A DNA stretch of 64,000 nucleotides from the human T2T-CHM13v2.0 reference genome, Homo sapiens: assembly GCF_009914755.1 (NCBI RefSeq), contig NC_060927.1. One strand, given 5' to 3'. Below the pieces are notes generated by a model. It was not told the DNA's origin. It saw only the letters and a program-made list of their open reading frames with translations, and made no database searches. The translations under genes were made by a program, and so were the position numbers. Positions 1-12,930 of this stretch are shown here, one piece after another (the stretch's first letter is position 1; the number at the start of each line of letters is the position of its first letter).

Positions 1-169
1 GTAAATAAAGTTTTTCTGACACTTAACCACAGCCATTCACTTACATATTGCATATGGTGGCTTTTGCATTACAATGATAGGGTTAAGTAGTTGCAGCACA
101 GACCATATGGCCCACAAATGCTAAAATATTTCCTCCCTGTCTCTTTATTAAAAAAAGTCTGTTCACCAT
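1..169 (+). mobile_element. MER58A (hAT-Charlie MITE), 5' part cut by window edge
   Basis: GTAAATAAAGTTTT...AGTAGTTGCAGCACAGACCATATGGCCCACAAATGCTAAAATATTT matches the MER58A body and aligns with other copies in this window. Confidence 0.8.
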
Positions 170-2109
170 TATTTAGAGAGTTAGTTATCTCAGTAATGAA
201 AAGGAGCTGAGTTCAGAATAGGAAAGTCATCTTACATGGCTAATGAAAAACGCTGTAGCCCTTACCTACGTATGTAGTCCTGGTATGAGAGAGTACAAAG
301 ATGAGAAGACAGAAACTTCCAAGCATCACCACGTTTTTCACTTCAAAGTAGTCTGGATATTGTCAGGTATATATCACTGAGTATCAGGTGGTGATTGGGA
401 CAATAAAGAGAGACATTTAAATTGGCCAGTGACACGAGCTCTTCAGCAAGATGACACTTGCTTAGAAGTTATCAGAACAAAACAGAAGCTGATGTCCAGG
501 ACATAGTGAAAATTTAGAAAAGCTGGACAAGAGAAGCCTTCACAGCCTTTGGAAAGACAATTCGAATCCTAAACCCTGGGGCAAGGAGAGGGAAGATTGC
601 ATGCCCAGGTCTCACTCTGTCCTCCCCACTATACCTTCACGAAATGAGAACCCTTCCCTTCTTCATCTTTCTTTCCTCTGCTTAGGTTCCACCCCACTCT
701 GAGCACTGAGGTAGAATAGCAAAATTCACCTTTAAATATGGAAATTCAGCTCCTCATTTTGTTAAAATTATACAGAACCAGAGACTAACATTTGCATTTC
801 ACAGTCTCCAGATTCTCACAGACCTTGATGAGCCAAGAGGCAGTTAACACCAGTATTCCTGGGTAAACTGGCTTTTCTATTGGCAAATAAATCTTTTTAT
901 ATTAAGGTGAAACAATAATAATCATTTTAAACAATCATGTGGAGTGTGATTACAAAACAGCTCATTTGGAAAGAACATTATCAGCTTATGAGATCCTCAG
1001 AGATTCTAAAACGGAAGGTGCTACGAATAAAACCAACTGTTATGGGGCTTTGTCATTTCCACAGCACATGAAGGCAAAATTCACACTTTAATACTGTAAT
1101 GAGAAAACAATGCAAATTCTGATTAAGTAAAAAGTGAAAGTACTTGTTACAGCCAAACCTAGCATCTCTCTTATCCTTGCTGGCATTACAGAGGAATCAA
1201 GGGGGGAATCTTCTAACCTTCTAAGGCGCCTCAGGTACCATTCAGGTCTGCATACTCAAATTCAAAGCATTCATCCTTTGGCGGCTGGGTAATAGGAGGG
1301 GTTTGCCAGCAAATGCAAACAATTATACCTTGCAATACTCCACTCACTTGCTATTTACCCAAGGTTTCCTGTAAGCAGAATCCCATCTGGCCCAGCTTAA
1401 GTCATGCTGACCTCGTTTCGATGGCATGTTTTCCATAGCAGTATAACCCCACTCACTTGGGCTTGTTGGTAAAATGTCAAGCCTGTGTTACACACAGAAG
1501 GGTCAAGAAAATTGAGTATTTTTCCTAAGATATCTCTGTATTACTTCCAAGTACTATAGTAACTCCTAGAACATGAAAAAAAAAAAAAAACTAGCACTCA
1601 TTTATTTGACAAAGGGTAATTGAACCCCATTCTGTACCAAATGCTGTCCAGGTGCTGAAGCTGCAACTGAGATTTTTTTCTTCGTGGAACTTTGTATCCA
1701 ACAGAGATGGGAAAAATGAGCAATCATCAGATTTATGGCCTTCTGTGAAGATGGCACGAAACCTGTCTCCTCCTGAGCATGGCAACCATCCCCCTTAATC
1801 TTATTTACACAAGGGCAAATATTATTTACCCTTCTTTCATAGAAAAAATTAAAGGTAGTTTTGAGCAAAGCCATTATCCAAATCATGAAATCTTGAAATC
1901 AAACGAATGCAATTTAATTCCTAATTGCAATGGTAAAGACTTTATTAACTTCCTGAGCTATCCATGCATACTTTTTCAGTTCATGTTGGTGTTTTCCTAT
2001 TGCCACACACATCAAGCTTGCTTCTCCCAAAAACAGAAATTGTAGCTGCTTGGAGAATATATTCTCATTCTAATCAGACATTTACATCTTTATTTTCTCA
2101 TCTTCTGCT

Positions 2110-3340
2110 CCCTTCTATCCCACTACAATCTGGCTCCTGCCTCCATCTTGCTGTGTGACTCTTTCTAAGTTTATTAATGACTTCCCCATTGCTAACTTCA
2201 ACAGACCTGCTTCATGCCTCAGCTGACTTAGCTCTCTGGTGCATTCAATATAGCTTACCATCTGCTTTCATGGCACTGCATTCTTGCAGTTTTCCTCTTT
2301 CCTTCTTGGCCTCCTTTGCCCACTAATTCCCTCTAAAATGTTGATAGTCCTCAAAGATGTCTCTACAATCTCTTCTCCCAGTTTCATACCCTTCACTTAA
2401 CTACCATCTCTATGCCAATAACCTGCAAAGTGATGTGTCCGACTCATAGCTCTCTTCTGAGCTAAAAAACAATATGCTCAACTCTCTACTTGATTTTTCC
2501 CCTTGGTTATATCACAAGTACCTCAAAATCAACATATGTAAAACTAAATTCTTGATCTTATGCCCAAACCCATTTTTCTTCAAAGTCTTCTGTCTCTATG
2601 AATGGCATAATCAGTTGTTGCAAACCAGGTCAGAGACAGTCTTCCTCCTTCCTTACTCGTGACACCCTAAACAATGTCGAGAACCATTGATTCTTCTTTC
2701 TAAATAACTCCAGGGCAAAGCTCTCCAAATCCACTACCACCACTATAATCCAAGCCAAGATTTTCTTTTTCATGGACCACTGCAAGCTCCATCTTCCATT
2801 TTTATCCCTTTTTGATGGATTCTGCACATTATAGCCAGGGTAATCTTTTAAAACACAAACTCAATAATGTTGCTCTCCTGCTTCAAGCTTTTCAATTACT
2901 CTCAATTAGTCTTAGAATAAAATCCAAACTCTTAACCTGGCCATGCCAATAAGGCATCTGCCCTTTTCCTTCACTGTTCAGCCAAACTGACCTTTCATTT
3001 CCTCAAATCGGTCATACATCTTCCAAAGGACCATCTTCCATTTTCCACATGACCTAAGGTCCCTTGCACGTACTGTTCCCATCACATAGACTGCTCTTCC
3101 CACTCCTTTCAAATTTCAATTTAAATACAATTTCTTCTCAAATAAATACTCACTGATTCCCAAACTGTAAGCACCCCCTTCTTCCAAGCATAGAAGATCT
3201 CATTGTGCTTTTCCTTTTTAACTGTTATAACAATTATAATAAAAGGATAGATGCATGTTTCACATGCAAGAATGTCAAATCCATGAGGGCACATAAAAAC
3301 GTGACAAGCACATTTCAAATAATGAGTCAGTCAGTGAATT
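2110..3340 (+). mobile_element. L2 LINE 3' portion, highly diverged
   Basis: Typical L2 phrases (CTCAAAATCAACATATGTAAAACTAAATTCTTGATC; CTTAGAATAAAATCCAAACTCTTAAC) and a degenerate AATGA-type tail; boundaries approximate. Confidence 0.7.
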
Positions 3341-3800
3341 AACGACTACAAGAATGTCAAGAACTTCCTATATGTGGGGTATGGCAACCTATGACTAACA
3401 GCCCAAATACCACATGCCTAGTGGTTTGGTGAGATCTCTCTGCATTTTCTATCAAATACAGGAGAAAAAATGTTGCTTTGTCTTCACAAGCAGGTAAGCA
3501 ACAGGAGAAGATGCATGTTTTCAGTTAATTCATGCTCAAATTTAATTACTTTATCAATTAAGTGTTTTCTCCCAGCCCTCTTTATCTTCTCTCCATGACA
3601 TAAGCAGCCAAGAACTCAATGAGAAAAAAGCATCCTGTTACATCAGACCCAGTCCTGGTTGGCTTAAAACAGTCTCCATCTATCCCATCTCAGCTCACCT
3701 TTATATCTCATCTACTCTACAAGTGTATACCAAAAATGTTTAAAAATCCAACTGTTGATATCAACCTTGACTCCATTCTGTTTCATCTGCTTTGACCTCC

Positions 3801-4162
3801 CTTATTAGTTCATTTTCATACTACTATAAAGATACTATGTGAGACTGGGTAATTTATAAAGGAAAGAGGTTTAATTCAGCCACAGTTCCGCATGTCTGGG
3901 GAGGCCTCAGGAAACTTACAATCATGGCAGAAGGTAAAGGCGAAACAAGGAAATTCTTCACATGGTGGCAGGAGAGAGAAAGAGGGGGAAATGCCACACT
4001 TTTAGACCATCGGAGCTCATGAAAACTCACTCACTGTCACAAGAACAGCATGGGGTAAACCTCCCCCATAATCCAATCACCTTCCACCAGTTTCTTCCCT
4101 CAGCACTTGGGGATTAAATTCAAGATAAGATTTGAGTGGGTACACAGCGCCAAACCATATCA
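3801..4162 (-). mobile_element. MaLR solo LTR (THE1D/MSTA type)
   Basis: TATTAGT...GGGAGGCCTCAGGAAACTTACAATCATGGCAGAAGG...CCAAACCATATCA; 5-bp TSD CCTCC at 3796-3800 and 4163-4167. Confidence 0.9.
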
Positions 4163-4269
4163 CCTCCTATCTCTGTTCTTACATTTTTCAGATCTCCAAC
4201 TCCTGATCTGCCCTCAGTAACTCACTATCCATCTTCAGTGTCCTACTGTATCAGACCCCTTGCTCCAGT

Positions 4270-4686
4270 GAGTCAGGTAGCTATTTCTGTGTAGCAAATG
4301 AGTTCATATTCAAGTGGCTTACAACAAAAAAACACTTAGTATGTCTGAAGTGTCTGAAGGTTGGCTGGAGTAAATTGATTTACATTTAATTCAGCCAGAG
4401 GCAGCTGTGTTCCGCATGCCTCTCACCCTCCTGCTGAGACCAGTAGGCTCACCTGAGCATGTTGTTCTCACAACAAAGGTAAAAATGCAGGAGGTTGAGG
4501 TCCCACTGCACGAGTCCAAGTTGAAACTCTGCTCATGTTATATGCTAACATCCCATAGGCTAAAGCCAGTTACAGCCAAGCCCAAAGTCAAGGAGTAGAA
4601 CTGCCACTATTCCACTGCAAAGCTGCAGAGAAAAGGGTATGGATGCAGAAAGGGTTGAAAATTAGCCTAAGGCTTCAATCTACCAC
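4270..4686 (-). mobile_element. Old MaLR LTR (MLT1H/I/J type)
   Basis: AGTGGCTTACAACAA near one end, CCATAGGCTAAAGCCAGTTACAGCCAAGCCCAAAGTCAAGG internally, CAATCTACCAC at the other end. Confidence 0.7.
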
Positions 4687-4994
4687 GTTAAAGACAATCC
4701 TCGTGTTGCACATGCAGCATAGGTCAGAGACACTCTAGTATCCCTCTCTCTCTGTACTCCCTTAGGCCCCTTAGCTGGCTCGGCTTCCTGGCTGGTCTCA
4801 TCTTCAGAAAGAATAGACAATATGTCCATGATGACTATTTGATAATAAAATCCGAAGATATTGGCAAGATTTTGGATGTTCTACTTTAAATATTTTCTAA
4901 GCTGAGTTGTTATCTCTTGACAGAGTGGAATTTACTTTGAAAGAAAACTCGAATAATATGAGGGTTTTGTGCTATTTTGGTATTATTTATGCCC

Positions 4995-5160
4995 TTGTTA
5001 TGCAAAGTGTGGTCTATGGACCAGGAGGATGGGCAATCGCTTGTGAACCTGTTAGAAATACAGATTCCCAGGACACACTCCAGACCTACTGAATCAAAAC
5101 CTGCCTTTTGACAAGATCCGCAGGCGATTTATATGCATGTGAAAGATTGAGAAATACTAG
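4995..5160. mobile_element. MER5 (MER5A/B) hAT MITE
   Basis: CAAAGTGTGGTC...GTTAGAAATACAGATTCCCAGG...CCAGACCTACTGAATCA...TTGAGAAATACT. Confidence 0.75.
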
Positions 5161-5794
5161 ACTGTACCAAGATTCTTTTAATCAGGGAAATGCCAATAGG
5201 TAACTTTGAAAATGATGATGACTGAAAGACTATATGACCAGTCTTTATAGAGGTAGAAACGGACAACAAATAGCAACGTTGCTGTTGCCATTAGGTTATT
5301 AGACTCAGAGCTTTGGCTTTCAAAATCTCCCCTGGGAAGGTGGACAGTGCATTCCTCAGTGAACAGTCTATTTCTTTTGAAATCATAAAATTTCAAACAA
5401 ATTACAAGAAAGGTCAGGCTGAAAATTAAAGCTATAATTTTATTGGGTGACTCCTTTCTGGAAGACAAAGCTGTTTTCCTTCACTACATTGCTTTTATTG
5501 AATTTCTGGTTCATTTAAAAGGGAAAAAAAATAAAAGGTATACACATAATGAATGGGCATATACAGTCTGGTTGAGTAAAAGAAAAAGTATAAAAGATTC
5601 TCATTAATTGGCAAATTATAATGGATGACGAAAATAACTGTAATTGTGTAGAAAAGACAAGCATCCAAGCAATTTTCTTATTAGGAATAATGTAGGCAGG
5701 AAATGTGAAAAAGGAAGTGCACTTTCAAATTCTACTTATCAGGGGAAAATATGCTAAATGTAATCTGGACAAGGGCAATATATACAGTAAAATA

Positions 5795-6590
5795 AATGTT
5801 AACAGTTTCCTTGTGCCCCTTGAAATTCATCCCTCCCTCCACTGCTGTACCAGGCAATCACTTACCTGCTTTCTGACATTAAAGATTAACTTACATTTTT
5901 TAGAATGTTGTATAAATGAAATCATATGTTATGTACCCCTTTTTTGGCCCAGCCTGTTTTACTCAGAATAATGATTTTGAGAGTCATTCATGTTGTGTGT
6001 GTACCCACAGTTGATTCTTTTTGATTGCTAGGTAGTTTTTCATTGTATGAGTATAACATCATTTGTTAATGGATATCTGGGTCATTTCTATCCAGGCTAT
6101 TAGAAATAAAATTGGCATGAGAATGTGGATATAAGTCTTCACATGGACATATGTTCTTATTTTTCTTGTATAAATACCTAGGAATGGAATGACTGGCTCA
6201 TACAACAGGTGTTTGTTTAACTCTTTTAAAAAACACTGTCAAGCTTTTGCTAAAGTGGCTGTACATTTTATATTCCCACCAGCAGTGTGTGAAAGCTCTG
6301 ATTCCTGCCATCCTCATCAACACTTGGTGTGGTCAATCTTTTTAATGTTAGCTATTTTAATGGTTCTGTAGTATCATCACCCTATGCCCTATGTTTTTCA
6401 TTTGCCTTTCCCTAAGGAATAATTATTCTGCCCATCTTTTCATGTCCTTATTGCCCATTGGTATATTTCTTTCTGAAATGTCTGCTCAAATATTTAGCCC
6501 ACTTTTACTGGGATATTTTGCTTCTTCTTATTCGGTTGTACAAGTTCTTTACATTACAGATACATGTTCTTTGTCAGATACATGGTATAA
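5795..6590 (-). mobile_element. Old L1M (L1MD/ME-type) 3' fragment
   Basis: Antisense ORF2 end/3'UTR phrases: TAAATACCTAGGAATGGAATGACTGG, TTTATATTCCCACCAGCAGTGT. Confidence 0.75.
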
Positions 6591-8029
6591 GAAAAGACTT
6601 AAGGTCCTTTCTGGTTGTCACATTTTAATATTCTGTGATTTGGGTATAATCCTGAGTATTCAGATACCTGTATTTATAGAGTTAACTAGTGGAATAAATA
6701 TTTTATTTTTCAAGCAACTATTTGCACTTTATGCAGATGTAATCCAATCAAAATGAATACATAGAATGTAAAGGATTCCAGAGGCCTTTGTTTATTTATT
6801 TTGTTTCTTAGGACCACCGTGGTTTAAAATGTAGAGTGTGGCTTTAGCCAATTAACAGCAACTTTTGTCCATTGCCCAGCAGCTGTGGAAGAGATGAGAC
6901 TTATTCTGAAAAAGGAGAAAAGGCAAAAATCATAAAAAAGGGAATCTTTTCTTATTTAGGGGCCCAAACAAGTACATGCCCCAAAAGGCCAGAGGAGCTA
7001 CCTGAATAGCCTGATAGGCAAAGAGCATCATGAAGAGGATTTGTGAGAGATCCCAGACATAAAATAAAAGCAGGTCTCCCAGGGAGATCAAATGGATGGG
7101 CTCGGTTCCTGGTCAATGTGGCCACGGGAGCCAGCAAGAACAGAGAGATGGCCAGAAAATGCCAGCATCTCCGGATTCATGCAGCTAAGACCAGTGTCCC
7201 TTGGGACACCAGGGCCTGTGATGCCTCTTTAAGTACTGGGACTATGTCCAGCACTATTCTGTAGCTTGAGGCCAAAGAAGGAGCCAAGATAGGAATCCTG
7301 CCTCCAAGCAGCTCACACTCTAGGGAAGGCAAATAACTACAAAAGAAGGTGTCGCCTAGGAAAAGAATCCAAGGGCAGCTCAGGGATGTGGTGCAGGTCA
7401 GCATGACCCAACCCCTGGACCAACTGGAGGCTTCAGAGCTCAGCACCACTGAGCAGAGTAGAGCAAAGTCCACTCAATCTGTGATGCACCATGGCTTTTC
7501 TGCCAACCCATAGCAGATGTCCTTCTTAAGTGGAAGACTCAAAGCAGCAGACTATGAGAAAGACTCAAGGACAGAACCACAAAACACCATGATGCCAGCA
7601 ATCCTGATGGTATTAGTTAGGGCAGGAAGCCTCACATTTCAGAAAATGAACTTAAACTGCAGAGAGACATAAGCCCCAAGCTGTCTTCCAGTGATTAGGC
7701 TGTTTCTTGACATAAAGGTCCTGTCACAAATGAAAGCTTGGCAAATCAAAGGTAGAACCTAAGAAAAGAATGACCCCAAAGAGCCCAGAGTCAGAGATGG
7801 TACTTTGCCTCTAGCCACCGCCCTTGACTAAAAGAGTGTGCTTGTCCCAAGCAAGAAGGTCTTTTTTTTTTTTAAATAATTGCTATAATTAATTAAACAT
7901 ACACCTAAGTTCACTGTTTGGTAAGACTCCATAAAAAATTGTTTAGATTCTTCTTACACCATTCCTTTATGTGTTTTCCCATTAAAAAATCATATTCAAG
8001 TGTTGATAAGGTAAAAATACCTAGATATG

Positions 8030-8480
8030 TCTGATTGATTGCATCATTTGGAAACAGCAGAATGTATTGAAAGACATCTGGTAGCTCAGAGTCTGCAGTG
8101 GTTGAGAGGCTGTGCAGCAACCACACTTCTGAACTGCGCCAGCAGAGGTCCCACTGCTCCTGGGACTCAGACACTGCAGCTCAGTCCACAGTCAGGCCTC
8201 AAACACCAAGAATCTCCCCTACACCTGCCTCCAAAAGCCGAATGCCTCTACCACCACTATTGCCAGTAAATGGACTTCGTGCTCTGCTGCTTCCTCTGGT
8301 CACTTCACATCAAAATCTCCTCTGTGTGTGCATCTTATTGGTGGGGAGCCTAAGCCATATGACTGCATCCGCAAGAGAGGCTAGGAAAATGTACGATCGG
8401 CTCCCACCTTGGGTGGAAAAGAGTCCTATTATGGGAAATTATCCAAACAGAAAGGCTTTTCAGAAAATCCTGTATGTCCA
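8030..8480. mobile_element. Probable very old MaLR/ERVL LTR remnant
   Basis: GCATCTTATTGG...AGCCTAAGCCATATG...GCAAGAGAGGCTAGGAAA resembles old MLT1 LTRs; ends not defined. Confidence 0.35.
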
Positions 8481-9112
8481 CGAAACATAATAAATGATTC
8501 TCACTAACATTCAATTTTTTCTTTCTTTTTTTTTTTTTTTTTTGTCTCTTATCAGAGGTTCAAGTCAAGTTGCAGCCTCAATTGCTGCCAGGAAATGATG
8601 GGAAAAAATGAGTCTGAATTTTTGTTGCCAGAGAACAAACCTACACTCATTTTAAAGAGCTTTTGTCTGCTCCACACACAATAATGATTAGCTAACAATC
8701 GCTATTGTATTTTGGAAAGTATGTTGAGACTTGTAAAAAAAAATACTTCTATACTTCTGTGGGAGCAAAACTAAATGTCTGAACAATGATAAATTCATTG
8801 GAGGCCACAGAGAGTGGAAAAGTTCCAAAGAATAGCAAAGGCTATTTTTCAGATAATAGCAGGCTGAAAAGAAGGTCATGTTGGCAAGATAAAGACACTT
8901 TCATAAAAAAGAAGATCAAAGCAACCTATTGAAAATGAATCTATACTATTCATATCACCAAGATGTCATTTAATTCTCTGGTTTGATTCATGAAATAAAG
9001 ATTAATGATTTTAAACCAGGAGAGAAGGGTCAAATTGTCAGGGTGGATGGATAGCTGTAATATCAGATAAATTCTGATATTACAGTGAAGTCAGTTCAAA
9101 AATACTCAAGTA

Positions 9113-9442
9113 CCGCCCCGCCAGCTGCCCCGTCTGGTAGGGAGGTGGGGGGCAGCCCCCGCCCGGCCAGCCTGTCCGGGAGGGAGGTGGGGGACGCCTC
9201 TGCCCGGCCGCCCCGTCTGGGAGTGGGGGCCCCCTCTGCCCGGCCGCCACCCCGTCTGGGAGGTGTACCCAGCAGCTCATTGAGAACGGGCCATGATGAC
9301 GACGGCGGTTTTGTCGAGTGGAAGGGGGGGAAGTGTGGGGAAAGGAAAGAGAAATCAGATTGTTGCTGTGTCTGTGTAGAAAGTAGACATGGGAGACCCC
9401 ATTTTGTTCTGTACTAAGAAAAATTCTTCTGCCTTGGAAAAA
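9113..9442 (+). mobile_element. SVA retrotransposon, 5'-truncated in the VNTR and ending early in SINE-R
   Basis: GC-rich VNTR units (CCCCGTCTGGGAGG, TCTGCCCGGCCGCC), SINE-R start (GCTCATTGAGAACGGGCCATGATGAC), poly(A); TSD AAAAATACTCA(A/G)GTA at 9098-9112 and 9443-9457. Confidence 0.95.
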
Positions 9443-10899
9443 AAAAATACTCAGGTAGGTATCTGTCTACATTTATGGAAAATATTACACATTTGAAAAG
9501 ATATATATAAACATACACACACACCCAAGCAGTAAACTGCTTTGTTTGTGGACAACAGCATCAGTAAAAACATGAGGAAATTAACCCTAACAGGCAAAGG
9601 TAGTTGACATTTTTCAACTAACTTTTTCCAGGAAAAAAAAAAATCTCAGACCTTCTTTCTTCTTAACAATACCTCATTACTTAGGATGCTTCAGTGTTAC
9701 TCAACTGTCTTCATAGTCCAAAAGATATGAAGAAAACCATTTAATATCCAGATTGACTTTACGATTCTACACAGATGCATTTTGTATAAATTCCAAACTA
9801 TATTTACTGTGTATTATAAATATAAAATATATATTCTTTAGATGAAATATTTAGATGAAACTTTATTTTTTATTTTTAAAAATGGCAATAAGTATAAACA
9901 GATATTGGGTACTTGACACATGAAACAGCTACCAAAGTTTATGTTACAATTAAGTTCTTATGTTCTTCAGTGGGGTTATGTGCAAAGGTTCAGACTAGTA
10001 GTAGATGTCTCTTAAGTGAATTTCACATGTGAATAAAAGTACTTTGATCAAAATCAATATCTTAAGCTTTAAAAATATGCTGAGAGTTAGTTTTAGAACT
10101 GTCAGAAAGCTTAGGAAATGTAATTATTCAGTCCACATAGGTAGTTTCTTAAAGAGTCGTTTTGTTAAAAGATATTCTCCTTTTAACAAAGGTGTGGCTG
10201 TCTGACTGGACAAACCCCTGACCATGACCAGGCTTAGCAAGCAGCCCGCCTCCCAAGTTCAGCACCCTTTGTTCTGTTCCTAAGGAGCAACAGGAATCCA
10301 TATAGCCAGAACCCATAGCTTTTCAAACAATTATTTGAAAGTAATGGGACTTCACATATCCCAAGCTTTCAAAAGAAGTTTTCAAATAAACTTCACCTAT
10401 TACACTGCAAAAATTCACATAGCAACCTCTTTCCTACCTCTGTTGACCTGGAGGCTGGGCTGGCCCCACAAAGGGAGCTTTCATAATGGGAGAAATGTTC
10501 TCCAACCTCAAACTGCCATTCTCCTCATCATCTGCAGAGGCAAAGATGAATGGGAAGAGTGGGTCACGATTTCCTGATACAGGCGCTAATCATGCTGGTG
10601 ACATTAAGCCTGGACAGAGAAGAATTACACCCACAGCCAGATGGAGAGAGTGCCCTTTATTTGCAAGTTTCTGGGTATGGAGAGCTGGTGTTGTGCAAAA
10701 TGGTAAAGCTAGGAGAAAGTTCACCGCACCTTGGCACACTCTTGCCTACCTCCAAGTGCCCTGGGTTCTCCCATTATTCCCTACAAGGAGAGCACCCTTA
10801 CCTGTCTTTCAGCTGCTCTGAGCCTTTGGTTCTACATCTGTAAAATGAAGATGAAAATGTAACAGTGTAGGTGTCTGTGAAAGGAACTATAATAGGTAG

Positions 10900-10933
10900 A
10901 CATGCTAGACTAATGTACATGCTAGACTAATGT
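10900..10933. repeat. 17-bp perfect tandem duplication ACATGCTAGACTAATGT x2
   Basis: Seen directly. Confidence 0.9.
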
Positions 10934-11129
10934 AAGATAGTTTTTATTTCCAACAATCAGCACAAATGATATCAATCTAGTACTGTTGATCATATCTTCT
11001 GGTTGCTGTGTTACGGTAAATCTAATCAGCCTAGTTACCAGGACTCATTAAGACCACCACCTGTTCCCCCTGGCTCTGGAACCCAGCATAAATGACTCAG
11101 AACTGTGGCTTTATAACACATTTGTGATG

Positions 11130-11225
11130 GTACCATGTACTCAGCTCTTACTACGCACCAAGCACTGTGGTAAGGATTAAACACATGCAAACTAATTTAA
11201 CCTTTGCAACAAACAGCCTGAGGAG
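11130..11225 (-). mobile_element. MIR fragment
   Basis: CAAGCACTGTGGTAAG...TAATTTAACCTTTGCAACAA...CCTGAGG. Confidence 0.5.
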
Positions 11226-11454
11226 CTAGAGGGGAGGGGAGAGAGGAAAGGAGAAGGTCTTTCTAGTGCTCTTCAAATCACTTGCAGGCAATTATCTATT
11301 CTGTCTATTTAAAGGACCAACGTGTTCTGGGAGCTTGAGCAGGTAATTTTATTTGTTTTAGACTAAGTTTCCTCAACTGGAAAACAAAGGCTAGATGATA
11401 TCTGTAGTTCTTAACATCTCTAACCTTGCAGACAATTACTTAAGGCAATACCAC

Positions 11455-11900
11455 TCTTGTTGCAGAACACAGGGGTCCATTTGAGTTAGTTCATGAGAAA
11501 TAAATTTACCATAGTATGGTCAAGGCTAAAACTGGAAAGTGGTGGGTCCTGAGAAAGCCCTGCGGCCAGTCCTTCTATCATGGAAACTCTGCTTCTCTCT
11601 GGGCTTCTGTTCTCTTATTCTCTTTATTCTATCCGTCTGGGCTTTCTCTCATAACCCTAATAATGTCAGTTTGCATTTCAGTTTTCCCATTTTCTTCCCC
11701 ATGCACTCTATGGCCTTTTGCTCCCTGTCATTAGCTGATTCAGTCTCCGTTTTCCAGTTCTGAGAAAATAATCTGGTTGGTCCAAGCCGACCTGAGGGTC
11801 CTAGGTCTGTTCATCCTATGGACTGGCTGCTTCTGGGTCAGGACCCAGCCCTGAAGCATTCAGCTGTGATGAATGAGGGGGAGGATCAACCTAGCACAAA
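11455..11900. mobile_element. Probable old MLT1-class LTR
   Basis: TTGTTGCAGAACACAG start; GAAAATAATCTGGTTGGTCCAAG and TGGGTCAGG motifs; highly diverged. Confidence 0.4.
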
Positions 11901-12067
11901 GCATAGTCTTTCTCCTCAGCAAGGAAGTTTCCTTGAGAAGGGGAAATATTCAGTAAGGACACTGGAATATCTATAGCATGGCTACTAAACCACATCAATA
12001 TCTCAATCGATTAAAAGATGTGTTTTTACCAGTGAATGGCAACCCCACACACTGCTGAGGCTTGAAA

Positions 12068-12111
12068 ACACACACACAAACACACACACACACACACATA
12101 TACACACATAC
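12068..12111. repeat. Interrupted (CA)n microsatellite
   Basis: Seen directly. Confidence 0.9.
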
Positions 12112-12178
12112 ATGAAGGAGCACCTACTGTGTATCTGTACAATTGCAAACACAAAGCATCCTGCTTTTCTACAATGCC

Positions 12179-12727
12179 TGAGAAAGAGAAAAGCAGCCCC
12201 TGGCATCCAGGACCTGACAGGGCATTACTGGCTAGACCTTGGTGTTCTCCTGTTGAAAATAAACAATTTCACAGAACATTAACATCAGACAAAGCCACTC
12301 CATAACCAGACACGATCGAGACAAAAACAGGACCATTATGTAATTATGTCTGAACACAAACAAAGCGTGACGATGGCCCAGACCACAAAAATAACCAGAC
12401 AGCCCCTTTCCTGACTAACATGAGTGAGGGCTTCTTCTTTATCAATTACAGCTTCAGCCTCACTCTAATCTGTTCTCCCTCTAGATAAGATTACTTAAGG
12501 TATGCATTCATTGCCCACTGCTTGACAGCCTCCAATCCAGAGAGAAGCCTCCTCAAAACCTTGACACAAAGCCAAATCTTATAGAAGTCCTTCCTGACAC
12601 CCCCTTACTGAGACACCCTATAGTTCCCTGTGGAACAGTTCTCCTTCCCTCCTGTGAGAACTGAACCCCAGTTGTTCAATGGCAGGTGTGTTCCTGGTGG
12701 AGGACATTCTGCTGGAGGACATTGACA
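12179..12727. mobile_element. ERV solo LTR (MER76-like)
   Basis: TG...CA termini (TGAGAAAGAGAAAAGCAGCCCCTG ... GGAGGACATTGACA), about 550 bp, flanks TGCC/TGCT; family name from recall. Confidence 0.6.
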
Positions 12728-12739
12728 TGCTCTATAGCC

Positions 12740-12930
12740 TAGCAAGTATTTTCACTTACATGAAATTCACTTATTTAACCTAACATTTGCCCTGTGAAAG
12801 CAGCATCACTAATTAATAAGTGAAGAAACTGAGGCTTAAAAAAGGTTACTCAAGGTGCACTTTGGGTCATCATTAAAGGTCAAATTTGAGCATAGGGTTG
12901 CCTAATTCCAAACCTAGTGCTCCTTATTCC
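12740..12930 (-). mobile_element. MIR
   Basis: Core TGAAGAAACTGAGGCTTAAA...GTTACTCAAGGT. Confidence 0.65.

Noticed and set aside
8136-8154. CTCF-like GCGCCAGCAGAGGTCCCAC
   Set aside because: Mismatches in the 3' core and no surrounding CpG support.
9085-9417. 110-aa Pro/Gly/Arg-rich ORF and CpG-island-like patch
   Set aside because: Translation of the SVA VNTR/SINE-R; the CpG content reflects the element's youth.
9660-9790. Possible minus-strand exon ending at AG|GTATTG
   Set aside because: No convincing acceptor or reading frame; a donor-like hexamer alone is expected by chance.
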